A stretch of DNA of 63,155 nt, filler included, from Vannella sp. (lineage: Eukaryota): assembly GCA_023345925.1 (NCBI GenBank). It is 8 parts of 8 records of this genome, joined end to end, with 100 filler letters (N's around TTAATTAATTAA, not from the genome) between each part and the next. Parts side by side here need not be neighbours in the genome. Positions count along the whole stretch, not along the records: positions 10,116 to 18,507 come from JAJQQN010001060.1; positions 18,608 to 26,235 come from JAJQQN010000469.1; 6 more parts are not named here. One strand, 5' to 3'. The notes under the pieces are model-generated. The model saw only the letters and a list, made by a program, of their open reading frames with translations, was not told the DNA's origin and did not search any database. The translations under genes were made by a program, and so were the position numbers. Shown here piece by piece: positions 10,116 to 23,012 of the stretch. Within the stretch, counting starts at the first letter, position 1; each line of letters starts with the position of its first letter.

Positions 10116-11185
10116 GTAGGACAAGAGATCTCTCACTGCTTTCCCTCCCCGAATGACTGGGGAGAAGAGGAAGTTCTCGTGTACGGGCCAATCTACAATG
10201 CCCAAGTTTCTCTTTTGCCCTCCTCCCATTCTTCCCATCCGCCATCAGCCACTAACGCACCAACTTAAAGAGAGACCGCCTATGAGTGAGTCAGGCTTGA
10301 GAGCAGCCCTCCTCTCAACACTCTTCATAGTGCGTTGAGACCTCTAAAGGCTGCGCATTGCAGAAGGAGCGATAAAGGTGACACTGATGGATCATCTGGA
10401 TGTGTAGCAGTGCTTTATAGAGGTCCTGCGCCCTCCTACTGTATCTAGTAGATGTTATCCAAGGAGATTCCGTCCCAGGAAATGGTGTCGGACGAGATGG
10501 TGTCGTTCCCCAGAACCACGCATTCGGGGCGAGACCCAGAAGGACAGATGTCCGAAGAGATGGGAGCGGGATTGCAGGAGGTGCCGGGAATGGGCGAGAA
10601 ACATAAAGAGAAGCCACTCTTCTCCTTCACACAGAGAGGTCAGGTTGGACGGAGTGGACATGGCCGGGCTCAACAAGAAATGACTCAGTTCACCGCCAGT
10701 GAGCTTTCAATAGCACTCTTTCCCAGCTCGGAAGTCAGATCCCGGGAACTGACTTCCCAATTTGGATGTCAGTTCCCAGGAACTGAGTTTTGATTGGAGC
10801 CAAGGACTTTAGAACGAAGTTGTGGAGCCTTCTCCAGGAAGTTCTGTCTCTCAACATATCTGCTCGCTTTGCACGTGCCATACCCAACCTGACTACTGTT
10901 GAGGAAGAGTGGCAGCTGCTCAATGCGAGTTTCTCTCCTCTCTCCACGCCCCCGTGGCACTTTCCTGTCGAATGCTGGCCCCAACAAGCGACCAGCATCG
11001 ACCCCGCTACCTTTGAAACCTTCTCTGACTCCGACTCCGACTCCATCACATCAGAGGACCTTACTTTCGAGTCCGAGTCAGTATTCTCTTCCCCACTGGC
11101 GATGCTCCCCTCCCTGGTGGCTTTCCTCTTCGCTTCTTTGTGTGTGCTACTGTGGAGAGTGCAATCGAGCCTAATGAAGCGTTAA
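10116..11185 (+). CDS. Hypothetical multi-exon protein, 3' part, with C-terminal hydrophobic helix
   Basis: Several GT..AG signals; last exon ...TKLWSLLQEV...LVAFLFASLCVLLWR. Exon structure is not fully resolved. Confidence 0.35.
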
Positions 11186-11349
11186 AGGAGCATTCTTTGA
11201 CATGCAGGCGTCCTTGGTGGTGGCGGGAACGCTTTCTTTCGTTGCTTTGGTGACGGCAGCGGGGTGGGTCCTTTTAGAACGTCGGAAGGTTGGTGGGGGA
11301 ATGGAGGGGGACGTGTGGCGGATGCTAATGAGGGCTGGGGAAGAGAATC

Positions 11350-12428
11350 ATGGCCGCCCACATCACTCAACGATGTAGCTCGCGCTTGACCTTCCCTGGA
11401 GAGATGACCGTCCAGCTGGCACTTCGTACTGGTGTATACGATGCACAAGGCTTAAGAGATAGCATGGAGGATGCTTGCACGATCGACCACAATCTCCAAC
11501 TTCCATCCGTCTTGGGGGAGGAGCGCTCTGTCTTCCTTGGCGTGTACGATGGACACGGGGGAAGAAGGGCAGCGGACTTTGCAGCCTTCAATCTCCCTCC
11601 CAAGTGGGCAGAGCACCGAGCAAACCACGAGAGCCGAACTGCCCTCCGGAATGGTACGCCCTGCGCCCTCTCCCCCAACCGTAGCCCCGCTATGTACACT
11701 AACTTCAAGTGGAAGCAATACTCGAGGTCGAAGACGAGTTCCTGGACCTTGCCAAGCGTCACGATTGGGCGGACGGAACGACACTCGTTGTCGCGATTAT
11801 CGAAGGAAACGAGCTGCTCGTGGCCAATGTGGGGGACTCTGAGTGTGTCATCAGTTCAGGAGGACAGGCATTTGCTTTATCTGAGATTCACAACCCTAGC
11901 AAGAACCCTGACGAGGTAAAGCGGGTGGAAGAGGAGGGTGGAATCATCTTTGAGGAGAGATTGGGCCATCCCTCACTCAATGCCAACTACTTCAGCTTAG
12001 CCATATCACGCGCAATGTAAGACTCTCTCCTATAATGACTACAAACTGACTGGGAGAGCAGAGGAGATGACATGTACAAGAATGCTAAGTTCACAAAAGG
12101 GCGCCCTTCTGGATTAGTGGCAGAACCTTTCCTTTCGAACGTCTCCCTTCATCTTGGAGAAGACGACTTCTTAATCCTGGCGTGTGACGGCCTTTGGGAT
12201 GTGTTCAGCCATCAGGTAAAGTGACAAACACTGATTCAAGTCACTTTCTGACAAAGTCCGCTCCCCTGGGATTAGGAAGCCTCTGACTTTGTGCACAAAC
12301 AATTACGATTAACAGATGACCTCCAAGAAGTCAGTAAGAACTTAGTGAATGAAGCGCTAGTGCGAGGGAGCGAAGATAACGTCAGCGTCATCGTGGCCAC
12401 TTGGAAAAGTTTCCTTCCCAGAGACTGA
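11350..12428 (+). CDS. Protein phosphatase 2C (PPM family), spliced
   Basis: QGLRDSMEDA, GVYDGHGG, GTT, VANVGDS, LAISRA|MGD, FLILACDGLWDV and GSEDNVSVIV across 4 exons. Confidence 0.92.
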
Positions 12429-12605
12429 GAAGAATGTACATCAAGATTTACCATCCCTCTGCTCTCTTGGTACAGGGACAAGGTGGTTCAGTCTCGCTGT
12501 TTTATTAGGCAGGGAGGAAAGGAGGAAGAAAGAAACGCGCGGTGCAGGCAAAGATAAATAGGACAAGGAAAGGCGGACCAACGCAAAAATACATTGTTCA
12601 CAGCT

Positions 12606-15600
12606 TTAACTGAGAGGCGCCTTCTCCCACAGCCGGATACTTTTGTCAAAGGATCCAGTCCAAACGTTGTGGTTCTCTTTGACCGTAATAATGGAGCACA
12701 CAGCATCCGAGTGAGGCTCGAATTCTTTAAAGAATTGTTGGTACTGAAGGAGGGGAGAGTTAGTTGGGGAGTTGGAGAAGAGTGGCTGCTTACCTCAGCA
12801 TCCCAAAGGATGATGCGCCTGTCCCAAGAACCGCTCCAGACGTGAGCACCGATGAGTGCAATAGTGTAGATAGGACCAGTGTGTCCTTGGAGAATGCGAA
12901 TTGAGCGACCTTCCTGATCCCAGACCATGATTGTCTTATCATTGGAGCATGACCACATGTAGCCGTTGCTCTCTATGATGCAGTTGACTCTCTTATTGTG
13001 TCCTTCGAGTCCATTCTCGGTGACTGCCTTTCCCTTCTGGTTGTAAATCATCAGATTTTTGCCTGGACAATCAGTTCCTGCCCAGACAAATCCTGTGGCC
13101 TCCACATATCTGAGGCAGATGATGGGGCCGCCATCAATCGCGCGGAACTTCTTCTTCAACTTCATGGCCTGAAAAAAGCGAGATTAGATTGCATTCGAAG
13201 GGAGCTCCGGTGTACTCACTTTGCTATCAAATATATGAACGTCTCTCTCCATGGATCCACCCCAGACTTGCTTCAGACCGACATTCTCCAGGCAGATCAG
13301 TGGGCAGTTCTTGATCTCCTTCTTAAATCGAGTATTCTAAAAGGAGCAAATCAGTACCAAAGAAGAGCTCTGTGGGAAGATGTACTTACTTTTGCAAGGA
13401 AGACTCTGATAACTTCATCGGCTGATACCGTCCAAACAGTCTCTCCGACCACCAACATGGAGAAGATCTGCTTGGTGTGAGCGTTGATACTTTCAATCAT
13501 TGTTCCGTCTATGTTCCAAACTCCAATGACTCCATCACTGGTTCCAGACCATATTTGGGGCTCCGGACGATCTATACAAGGTGGTAGATAGACCATGCAC
13601 TGAATAGAGGACTCTTGTAATTGGTTGAGAGAACGAGAAATGCTGTTCATCTCCTGAGTGAGCTGCAGTTTGATTGCCTCCTCCCTCGCCTTCTTCTCAG
13701 CAGCAATGTCCTCCTCAGACCTGATTTTTTTCTTGGTTTCATCCGTCTTGGAGTTGATCTTTCGGGCTGGCGCAATATCTTTGTCAAGACAAGCAATCTC
13801 AACAAGATCCGGTTGGTGGATTTCCATTCCCTCTCGTAACCGATCAACAATCTCAACAAAAGAGGGCCGCTTCTCAGCATCCCCGTCCCAGCATCGTACA
13901 ATCAGATCCGCAAATTCAGGAGGTGTTTCTGCAGGGATCATGGGTCTTTCTCCTTCAATGACACGATTCTCCAACTGAGACATGAACTTGGTGTCGCCAA
14001 AGAAGTCAGCGCGTGATGCCAGTTCATACAACATCACACCATAAGAGTAAACGTCGGCTTTTTCCGTGTAATCCTCGCTCTTCATAATTTCAGGAGCAAG
14101 CCAGACAGGATTGGCCACAGATCGACCTTTCGTTGTACTTGCCAGCACTTGAGAGAGTCCAAAGTCAGCCACCTTCGCAATAACCTCAGCGCGCTCGTCC
14201 AGTGAATCAACAAGAACGTTTGGTGTCTTCAGATCTCGATGAATGATGGGAGGCCACGAAGTCGTATGTAAGTATTTCATGCCTTTGGCCATGTCCATTG
14301 CGCAACGCCAACGGTATCCCCAGGTTAGTTCACGGCTCATGTCATGGATGACATCGTATAAGTTGCCGTGCGAAATGAATTCAGTAATAATACAAAAGGG
14401 GTCGACAGTGAACCCCTCCATCTGCACGATGTTGAGGTGGAATAGACCAGACATCAGCCACACCTCACGACGGAACTCTGCAAAGGCCGCAAGCTCCGTC
14501 GTCTCATCCAAGGAGACCTCCGTTGTGTCACCGAACTTAATCTTCTTGATTGCCACTGTTCTGCCTTTGAAAGTACCTTTGTAAACGATAGCAAAGCCAC
14601 CTACACCAATCTGCTTCTCAGTGATAAGGTCGCTGTGGTTGAGGCGACAATCCGCCACGTGGGTCATGGCAATGTCTGGTGCAAGCTCGTCCAGGCGAAT
14701 GTCACGAATGTTGAGGCACTTGACGAAAGCTTTGCCCTCAATTGCGGCCTCTTCACACTCTTCTGCACTGAAGTAGAATGGAGAGTAATTGCTATCACGA
14801 ATACAATGAATGCAAGGCAACTTAATATCCACCTTGACGGTATACCAGCCGGTAATCAAGGATTCGATTGTTTCCATGATAAGTTGTGCCAACTTCTCCG
14901 CTGTGCCACGAATTGTGATGTCCAAAAAGCGTTGAGCAGGTTGGGCGTCGATTAGAATGGAAAAGTTACCCTCAATGAGCTTGGAAGAGACGGTGGCGCT
15001 CTTGGCCTCTTCATTGTGTTCGATGATCATTCCATTCTTCCAAAAGATGGTAGGTTCAGCAAAGTGGAGCACACGGACGAACAATCGACTGATAAAGCCG
15101 TGAGGAATGAATCCAAAGGCGTATCGCCGCCCAAATTGGCGCTCGTGAGGATCTGGGAAGTGCGACCAGATCTTTTCAATGGAAGGGCGTTCGTCAGGAA
15201 GTAGTGAAGGCACTAGACTGCGACCAGTGTACATGGCCAGGCTCTTATCCTCCATTTCTATTTGGCTGGAGCGAAGATAGAACGAAATCTCAAACTTCTC
15301 TAACAAGTTCAGAAGGGTTCGGTGAAGGTAAGGGGGGAAGTCTGGAGGCCTCCATAACTGGGGAAGATCCGAGTGTTGCAGAACACCTTGCTTCACAAAA
15401 GCATGCTTGGTCGTAATGATTGTACTCATCACATCAGTGAGCCACTGAGGGTCCAAGATGACGATGTCGTTGAGCCCTTCCTGCTTTTGGAAGTAGATAA
15501 TGCTTCCCATGTTGTGGAGCCACTCGGCCGCTCTGTTGAGGTTTTCTTGGGATTTGATGTTGCAGATGAATCCAAATCGGCCAAATTCCTTCCACGTCAC

Positions 15601-18507
15601 GACTGGTGGCGTTCGTTTGGCTTTCTCTTCCTTGCATAGCTTTTCAAGCTCAAGGAAAGAGCGCTGAATCTTCTCACCCATATAAGGCTGGCTGACGACA
15701 ATACCTTGGATCCACAAATCAAGCTTCGCGATTCCATCAAGGTTGGCACAGCTGATTGTGTGGATAGTCTGAATCATATTGTACTGAGTGCAGTACTTGG
15801 CTTCCAAAGCCTTTAGCGTGTCCTCCACATACTCCTTCGTACAGATACGGTTATCAGCGTGGGTTCCGACAATCAGAATTGGTGCCTCGGGGGCACGAGC
15901 AGTGATAGATTTGAGCCAGTATTCTACACGAGAGTCCTCTTCCTTCTTGGCCATATTCCACACAACGATGTATAGCGCGCGATCAGAGAGGAAGAACTGA
16001 TGGGTTGTGTAGTAGATCTCTTGGCCAGCAAAGTCCCAGACGCTCAAATCAACCTGAGTCTTCTTTTTGAGAGATTCCTGCTTGAAAATGATCTTAAAGC
16101 CGAGCTCTCCAATATCAATGCCATCAGTAGACATGCTTGTAAGCCCTGTGGCAGTACTCAAAGTCTTATCAATGCCAGCACTTGAGTTGATCTTGCGTCC
16201 ATGTGCGATGTAATCGGACAGGCATCGGTACAAACTGGTCTTACCCACGTTTTCTTGGCCCACCAACATAATCTTCATACGGTAGATCTGTTGCTCTCCT
16301 TCCAGCAGCGAACGAAGATACTCAAAAAGCTTGGCGGTTCCTTGGGCGACATAGTCTGCCAAGGTAGAACTGAAAGGGTTCTTGGGGAAGGACAACTGAT
16401 TGGACCTCTCCAACTTCTGCAAATATCCAATTGTGCCAGGAAGAGTAGTGATGGAATTGAATCCAATGTTAAGCACACGTAACTGGTCAAGTTTACCAAC
16501 ACCAGGAGTGATATCAGTGAGACGGTTGTTCTCCAAGTACAACTCCACCAGTTGGTCTAGTTTCGAAATGTCCAATGGAATGTTGACCAGATAATTGTTT
16601 GCCAATTTGAGGCACTTAAGATTGACGAGTTCCAAGATCGAATCAGCAAGAGACGCAATTTTGTTCATGCTCAGATCAAGATACTGAAGGTCCGGAAGTA
16701 AATTCAACTTAGGAGGAACTGCATCTAGGTTTAGGTTGGACAGAGAGAGGCGAGTGAGATTGATAAACTGGAAGATCTGCTCAGGAAAAGAGCTAAGCTT
16801 CAGGCTAGCGATGTTCAGCGCGGTGAGGCCTGTCAACTGGAAGAAACCAGGTGGGAGAGTTACAATTGCAGTGTTAGATATGTCAAGCGTTCGTAGATCG
16901 GTGAGTTCCTTCAATGAATTAGGGAGTACGGCGATCGCACCGTTCCCACTGATGTCCAATTCCTGTAATCGAGATAATCCATACACCTCCACAGGTATCT
17001 CCGAGATATTATTGCCTCCCACATCCAACTCGATCAACTGGGTGAACCCAGACAAGGGCGGGATCTTTTGAAGGAGATTGCTACGGAGCCTCAGCCTCTT
17101 GAGACCTTCAAATCGGCACACCATGTCATCGAGTTCCAACACTTGGTTGTTGTTCAAGTCAAGGATCTCCAAGCGTGGTACTGCCTGGGTGAAGAGGTCA
17201 AGGAATGTTGGCGCAATGAAAGGAATCTGATTCCCACAAAGGCGCAAGCACTTGAGATTGGGCATGGATGTCAAGCAGAGAGGTATCTTGTTGAGAAGAT
17301 TCTCGCACAAGTTCAAATCGGTAATGTGGTCCATATTGCCAGAAAGAAGAGCAGAGGGCAACGCAGGGAGCTTCAAGTTTGACAATTCGATCAGGCCGAC
17401 TGATTTGGCCACTGCCGTGCACATGGACTTGTCAGCTTTGAGTAGAGAGAAGCGGCACTTGTGACGAAGGTAATAGCCGCTCCAGATTCGAAGCCGTTCC
17501 TTTTGAGTCTGAGCAGGGAGACAGTCATCTAGTTGCACGTATAATGAGTTCACAAACTCTGCTTTGTAGTCCATCACATAAGACCACACTGAGGCAGTCT
17601 TTTTCTCATACTCGCTCCTCTCCTTGAAGCAAGTAAACATAAAGGTGCCGAACTGACACGAATACACAGAGTTGATTAAGTACAGAAGCAGATCCTCACC
17701 AAACTCAAACGCGCGTGGGAACTGTTGAATCAACTGCCAAACTGCATCCAAGAAGAGAAGAAATGTGACTGAATGCTCGTCTGTGATCTTCTTGCCTGTG
17801 AAAGTACCAAACTTGTGGCCAAAGTGGATGATGTCCTTTTCTATCAGCACACAGAACCCTTCAATCGTCCGATAGAAGGGGTCTATAAGAAGCTGGGTCA
17901 ATGCAGATAGAGCAGAAAGAGTTCCAACTCCAGTAGCACTTTGAAGGAGAACAGGGCGGCACTCTCCCAGAGATTGAGAAACCTTGTTAGCGACCTCCAT
18001 GAACTGGGAGAGGAATCCGAGCCACTCAGTCACGGCCTGCTCATTCAACAGTTTAGCAGAGTCTCCGATTGGGGCACTCCCGACACAAAGGCTTGATAGA
18101 GCCTTCACTCGATCCAGGATGAACTGGTCTTCTAATTTGAGCGGGAACACAGTGCAGTTGTTGACGTATACGTCACTTTCATAATGGAAGTGGGCGAATT
18201 TGGATTTGATATCCCCAGGGACCACCTCGTAGATGTGGATTCTATCCGTACTGAACGTGGCGAGAAGGGCCTTGATGTAGACAAGGTCACCCTTCCCTGA
18301 GGAGCCAGCAAATCCAGTCCCGTCATCCTCCACCAAGCTGAACTGGGAGCATCGAATCAGGGCGCCACCGTTCTTGCAATGCCATGTGAGGCAGGGGACA
18401 CGTCCCCTCACGCGGCTCTGCGCCAAGGAGAACATTTGATCCTCGGTGATAGCTTGGGGTACCACCAACTTGACGGGGTAGGTGTTGCATAGATCGTACT
18501 TCATGTT
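12606..18507 (-). CDS. pats1: ROCO protein, Pats1-like (myotubularin-like, LRR, ROC, COR, TKL kinase, WD40); 5' end truncated
   Basis: DPFYRTIEGFCVLIEK (myotubularin); LRRs; GQENVGKT, WDFAGQ and VGTHAD (ROC); HRDLKTPN, DFG and WLAPE (kinase); three short introns in the WD40 tail; stop at 12606. Confidence 0.85.
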
Positions 18508-18607
18508 NNNNNNNNNNNNNNNNNNNNNNNNNNNNNNNNNNNNNNNNNNNNTTAATTAATTAANNNNNNNNNNNNNNNNNNNNNNNNNNNNNNNNNNNNN
18601 NNNNNNN
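18508..18607. other. Artificial contig linker
   Basis: N44-TTAATTAATTAA-N44. Confidence 0.99.
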
Positions 18608-18758
18608 AGCAAAACCAGAAACGAGAACAGCCAAGGCGTGATCTTCATTGACCCTCTCCAGGAGCACCAATCGTGCAAAGAAATGAGAAACTCCAACTGG
18701 CTGCCACCAGAGGTGTGAAGATCCGAGCCACTTTTGTCATCTTCAAGGAAAAGGCAAT

Positions 18759-18778
18759 TAACCCTAAACCCTAAACCC
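18759..18778. repeat. Short telomere-like tract TAACCC-TAAACCC-TAAACCC (telo-box-like) upstream of PIN4
   Basis: Seen directly. Confidence 0.6.
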
Positions 18779-18866
18779 GAATCAGTCATTCCCAACCCCC
18801 AACTTGATCACTTCCCAGTTAGAGTTCAAATTGGAATACTCTTATAATAAGAGTATTTCTTTTTGA

Positions 18867-19333
18867 ATGGGGAAAGGAAAGGCGGGTGAGGGAGTCCTAG
18901 TTGGGTGAGCAGAGGGGGATTAACGTTTGCTCCAGGGAGTGAAGGGAAGACAGGGCGAGGGTGCCTTTCGGTTCATATTCGCCACATCTTGTGTGAGAAA
19001 CAGACGAAGCTACTGGAAGCAAAGGCAAGGATAGATGCCGGGGAGGACTTTGCAGCGGTAGGATCCTCAGTTTTGGCACGTTGGTTGCTGATAGGGTCCC
19101 TTCAGGTCGCGAGGCAGATGTCTGAGGACAAGGCTCGCTCTGGAGGTGATTTGGGCTGGGTGATGAGAGGAAAGATGGTGTGAGTCCCCTGCTTCCTTGG
19201 CCCCCAAAGTCTCACCCTCCCTCATAGACGAGAGTTTGAAGATATCGCCTTCTCTCTGGCCGTTGGTTGCGTGTCCCAACCTTTCCGGACCGAACACGGC
19301 TGGCACCTTGCTAAATGCGAAGGAACTAAATGA
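18867..19333 (+). CDS. PIN4: Parvulin peptidyl-prolyl isomerase (Par14 type), 4 exons
   Basis: Spliced product [57 protein letters not shown]. Confidence 0.88.
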
Positions 19334-19434
19334 TAATGGATTGTTACTCTTCTAAACGAAGCCAACCGTTTCAACCGACATATTGTTTTCAAACCCATAA
19401 TAAAAAGAAACGGGGAAATGCCGTCAGTCTTGTA

Positions 19435-21083
19435 ATGTCCCCATCTCGATTGCGGGTAAAGCTGAACGGCTCAGCCTTCTTTCCAGGGGACGAGTTGCAT
19501 GGGCTGGTGTCGTTCTATGGAGGGTCAAGTCCTCTGTTGTGGGCAAGTGCGCAAGTTCATGGATACGCGGTTTTGAACTCCAGTTGGCGGTTCCCCAACA
19601 CTGGGGAGAATTTGCCAGCTCCTTCTCTTAGACGAGGGAGCTCTGTCGCGATCAGTGGACCAGGTGTCCACCGTGATTCACAGCACCGCAACCTTTTCGT
19701 AACCCAAGCTGTCATCCTCGGTTGCAACATTCTACCGTCTCCGGCATCTTCTTGTAGGTTCCTGAGGTGCCTTTGCTCTTCCAGACCTTACCATGGATCT
19801 TAGTCGTCTACAAAGTAACCTTACCAGAGTGTACGGATGCAGGACAGCCTCTTCCACCTTCCTATCCTCCGTTGGAAGTTCCTGAGGATGACGCTTCAGT
19901 GGAACGACAGCCAGGACCTTCCCCCTCGCGCCTATCAAACCGCTCTATCAACTTCTCCTACTTCCTCTCTATCACAGTGCAGTCCAGTGAGCGTAAGGAA
20001 CCGGAGGTCTTCGAGGTTCCATTGCAGGTCTACTCCCCCTCGTGTGGTACGCGCTCTCCCTCCACAAACCACCCAGAGAGTATATCACTCAAGTACACTG
20101 GTATAGTGCTAACAGAAACTGTGTGCTGTCAGTCACAGTTCGTCTCCCACTTGGAGATTGGAAGCGGTCTTGCAGTGGAACCTCAAGATTGTGCTTCCAT
20201 GGAGAGCCTCTTCGAGAGCAGTGGTCGCAGTATTGAAGGCATCAGTCCTGCAGAGGGAGATAACCCTCCTTACGACCTCCTCGCTTTGCGACGTAGCAGC
20301 AAAGTAAGCCAAAAGTCCCTGAGCCCTTATCTTCGCTCGCTTGCGCAGTTCTTGCCCCCACCATTCAGTGGAAAGAGCAAAGAACTTCAAGAGATACCCG
20401 AAAGCTTTCTACCAGAGGAGCATCGTACCTTAGCAGCACTAATGGCACTCCATCAAACCTATCATCAGTTGAATTCACGCCCAGGTTCGTCCCCTGTCCC
20501 CTTTCAACACCTTGATACCTTGAGGAGTTACTAATCTCAGCTTATGTGCAGTGACTTATCGTATTGGCCTTGAGGACGACACGATCCTTCATGTTTCACT
20601 ACCGCGGAGCTTCTTTCACGTTGGAGAGACGGTGGTGGGCTCTCTTCGCTTTGAATCTTCAAGAATATGTATACAGGTATGTATGTAAGGCTTCTCTACT
20701 CTCCACTGACATACACGTGCCATCTACAGACTGCAATCACCTTAAACTTGATAGAACAGCTCCGAGAGGATCAGCTTCAATCTGTGAGCAGCAAGAAGGG
20801 CAAAGTTACTCGCTCTACGGTCCATGGAGAGCTCAATGAGTGGTCCTGTGCCACAGAGCTCAGTTCTTTCGAGTTCTCTCTTCCAACAGGACCTCAGGAG
20901 TTCCACTGCAACCTGGTGGACGTCTGCTGGGAGCTCACATTCCAATTCTTCGTGGCTGCAAGGGAGAACGCGTCCACCAGTACCCCTCGCCTGCTACAAT
21001 GGAAGTTACCGATCCATGTCGCTGCTCTCGACATCCCTTCCGTCCTCCAGCAGCCGCAACGATGTCACTTTGCCCTCTCATAG
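19435..21083 (+). CDS. RGP1: RGP1-like protein (RIC1-RGP1 Rab6 GEF subunit), spliced
   Basis: FFPGDE..LLWASAQVHG, LPPSY, F.LP.GPQEF..NLVDVCWELTFQFFV and LQWKLPIHV across several ORF fragments joined by short introns. Confidence 0.7.
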
Positions 21084-21153
21084 TCACTAAAGCATGCCAC
21101 AATGGCTCCACGTCCCCGCTTTCTCAAAGGGAAGACCATTCTTTCTCCTCCTC

Positions 21154-22822
21154 ATGAAGAGAGCGTCCAAGGGAGTGAAGAGCGACCCCCGTGCTTTGGG
21201 CACGCCACCTCAAGAGAAGGATGGGTGTACTGCAGTGTTCAGCCATGCAAATCGGTTTGAAGTGGGAGAGACAGCGCTGGTTCCCCGATCCAGAGGAGGG
21301 TACGTTGACCGTTGCATGCAGGTGCATTAGAGAAGCGTAGTCTCATTTGCGTAGGTTTGTGTATGCCAAAGTAGCGCAGGGAAGGAAGGCGAATGAGTGT
21401 TACGTGGACAAAACTGTCCACACCTTCATTGACTGGCGTGTGGAGTATCCTGATAGCGAGGGACGTCAAATGTGCAAGCAGCAGCCTTGTGCTTTGCTTG
21501 GTAAGCTCTTAGTCAACATTGCTGACGCTCCATCCTCTGCTTTGCCTTTCCCCACTCAAGAGCGCCCGATTGGAAGCTTGGCGTCGGCGAGAGACCTGGC
21601 CAACGTCTTGTTCAGTCCATTGGCCAAGTTTGTGGAAGGAGAGACAGTCCTGGTAGCCCGTACAACAGGCGGCTTCACTTATGCAAAGCTGATGACTGAG
21701 ATGGCGGTTCAATGCTTGGCTGCAATCGACAAAGGGCAAAGGCATTCCGTACAAGGGTGGAGGGTGGCTCTGGACGAAGCAAAAGCGATGAAGAAGGAGC
21801 TCCCTCCTGTGCTAATCGGCAAGCTTCCGCTTTGTGGAGCAATATCTGAGGCTCCTCCTCCTTCCTATGCACCGTTGAAGCCTCTGCAGAAGCCCCAAAG
21901 AGAGAAGAGGAAGCCTAGGGCTCGTAAGGCGAAGATGGGATCAGCACCCCGCCCAGCGCGCCAGAAACTTACCCCTGCAGCTGCCATTGGAGTGATCCAC
22001 TCTCCTGTCGAGCCCGGACAAGACATGGACGAACTGGAGGAGGAGGAAGAAGAAGAAGAGGAGGAAGAAGAGGAAGGAGATCACGACCAAGAAGACGAAG
22101 CAGGAGGAGTTGAAGGGCAGGAAGAGGAAGAGAATGAATTCCAGGAAGAGGAAGAAGAGGAAGACAGTGAAGAGCTTTTGATCGTTCCTGTGCGCGCCCT
22201 TTCAGTGGGCCAGAAGAGCGCTGGCCCAGGAGCGCCCAAAGGTGGGCTTTTCACGATTCCAGCAGGACCAGTCCAGCCCCAGAAGTCCCAAGCACCCCAA
22301 AGAGCGCATCCAGCAGAGTTTGCTCCAATGGCTCGAGCCCCCATGGCTAAGCCAAAGTGCCTTATTGTGGTTGACGCTCCAAACGTCGCCATGAAGCATG
22401 GAAACCGCAATTTCTCCACGAAAGGGATCCTCATTTGCGTGGATTACTTTCAAAGCCGTGGACATGAAGTTGTAGCGTTCCTTCCTGAACACTATGTTAA
22501 CACGAAGAAGACACCTTCCCTCACTATTACAATGGCAGACTACTGCAATGCCAAAGTAGATAACTTGGAGTTGATGGAGAAGCTCGTGAAGGACCAGGTG
22601 ATGTTCTACACACCACCTCAGGACTATGACGATAGCTATTGTATTGAGTATGCGAAGCAGCATAGCGGAGTGATTGTGACAAACGACATGTATCGAGACC
22701 ATATTGGCAACTACAAGGGCGCGGACCGAGGTCGTGTCAAGAAGTGGGTCGAGCAGCACATCTGTTCGTTTACTTTTGTTAAGGATCAGTTCATGCCGAA
22801 CCCTGACTTCCGCTTCCCTTAA
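21154..22822 (+). CDS. NYN/PIN ribonuclease of the Zc3h12a (Regnase/N4BP1) type with a duplicated N-terminal domain
   Basis: IVVDAPNVAMKHG..FS.KGI..YF..RGH; DYDDSY; GVIVTNDMYRD; one intron at about 21300-21354. Confidence 0.85.
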
Positions 22823-23012
22823 CTTGAGTTTCCCTCCCTTGGCGCTTTCGAAAGAACTTTGCCACCTTTCAGAAGGACATTCATTTCCAGCAAATGTTTA
22901 GTCTCCCATTGACCACTGGGTCAGTGGCCTTTGGCATTGGTTGCCATGCATCCGTTGCTATTTCAACTAAATCTCTCACTTTGTCACAAGTGGGAGCAGT
23001 CCTGTGTTGGAC

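Noticed and set aside
10727..10800. In-frame TGA upstream of ORF 10790..11185, suggesting recoding (Trp or Sec)
   Set aside because: TGA terminates several clear genes here (POLL, PP2C, PIN4, AAA), and the segment is better explained as an intron
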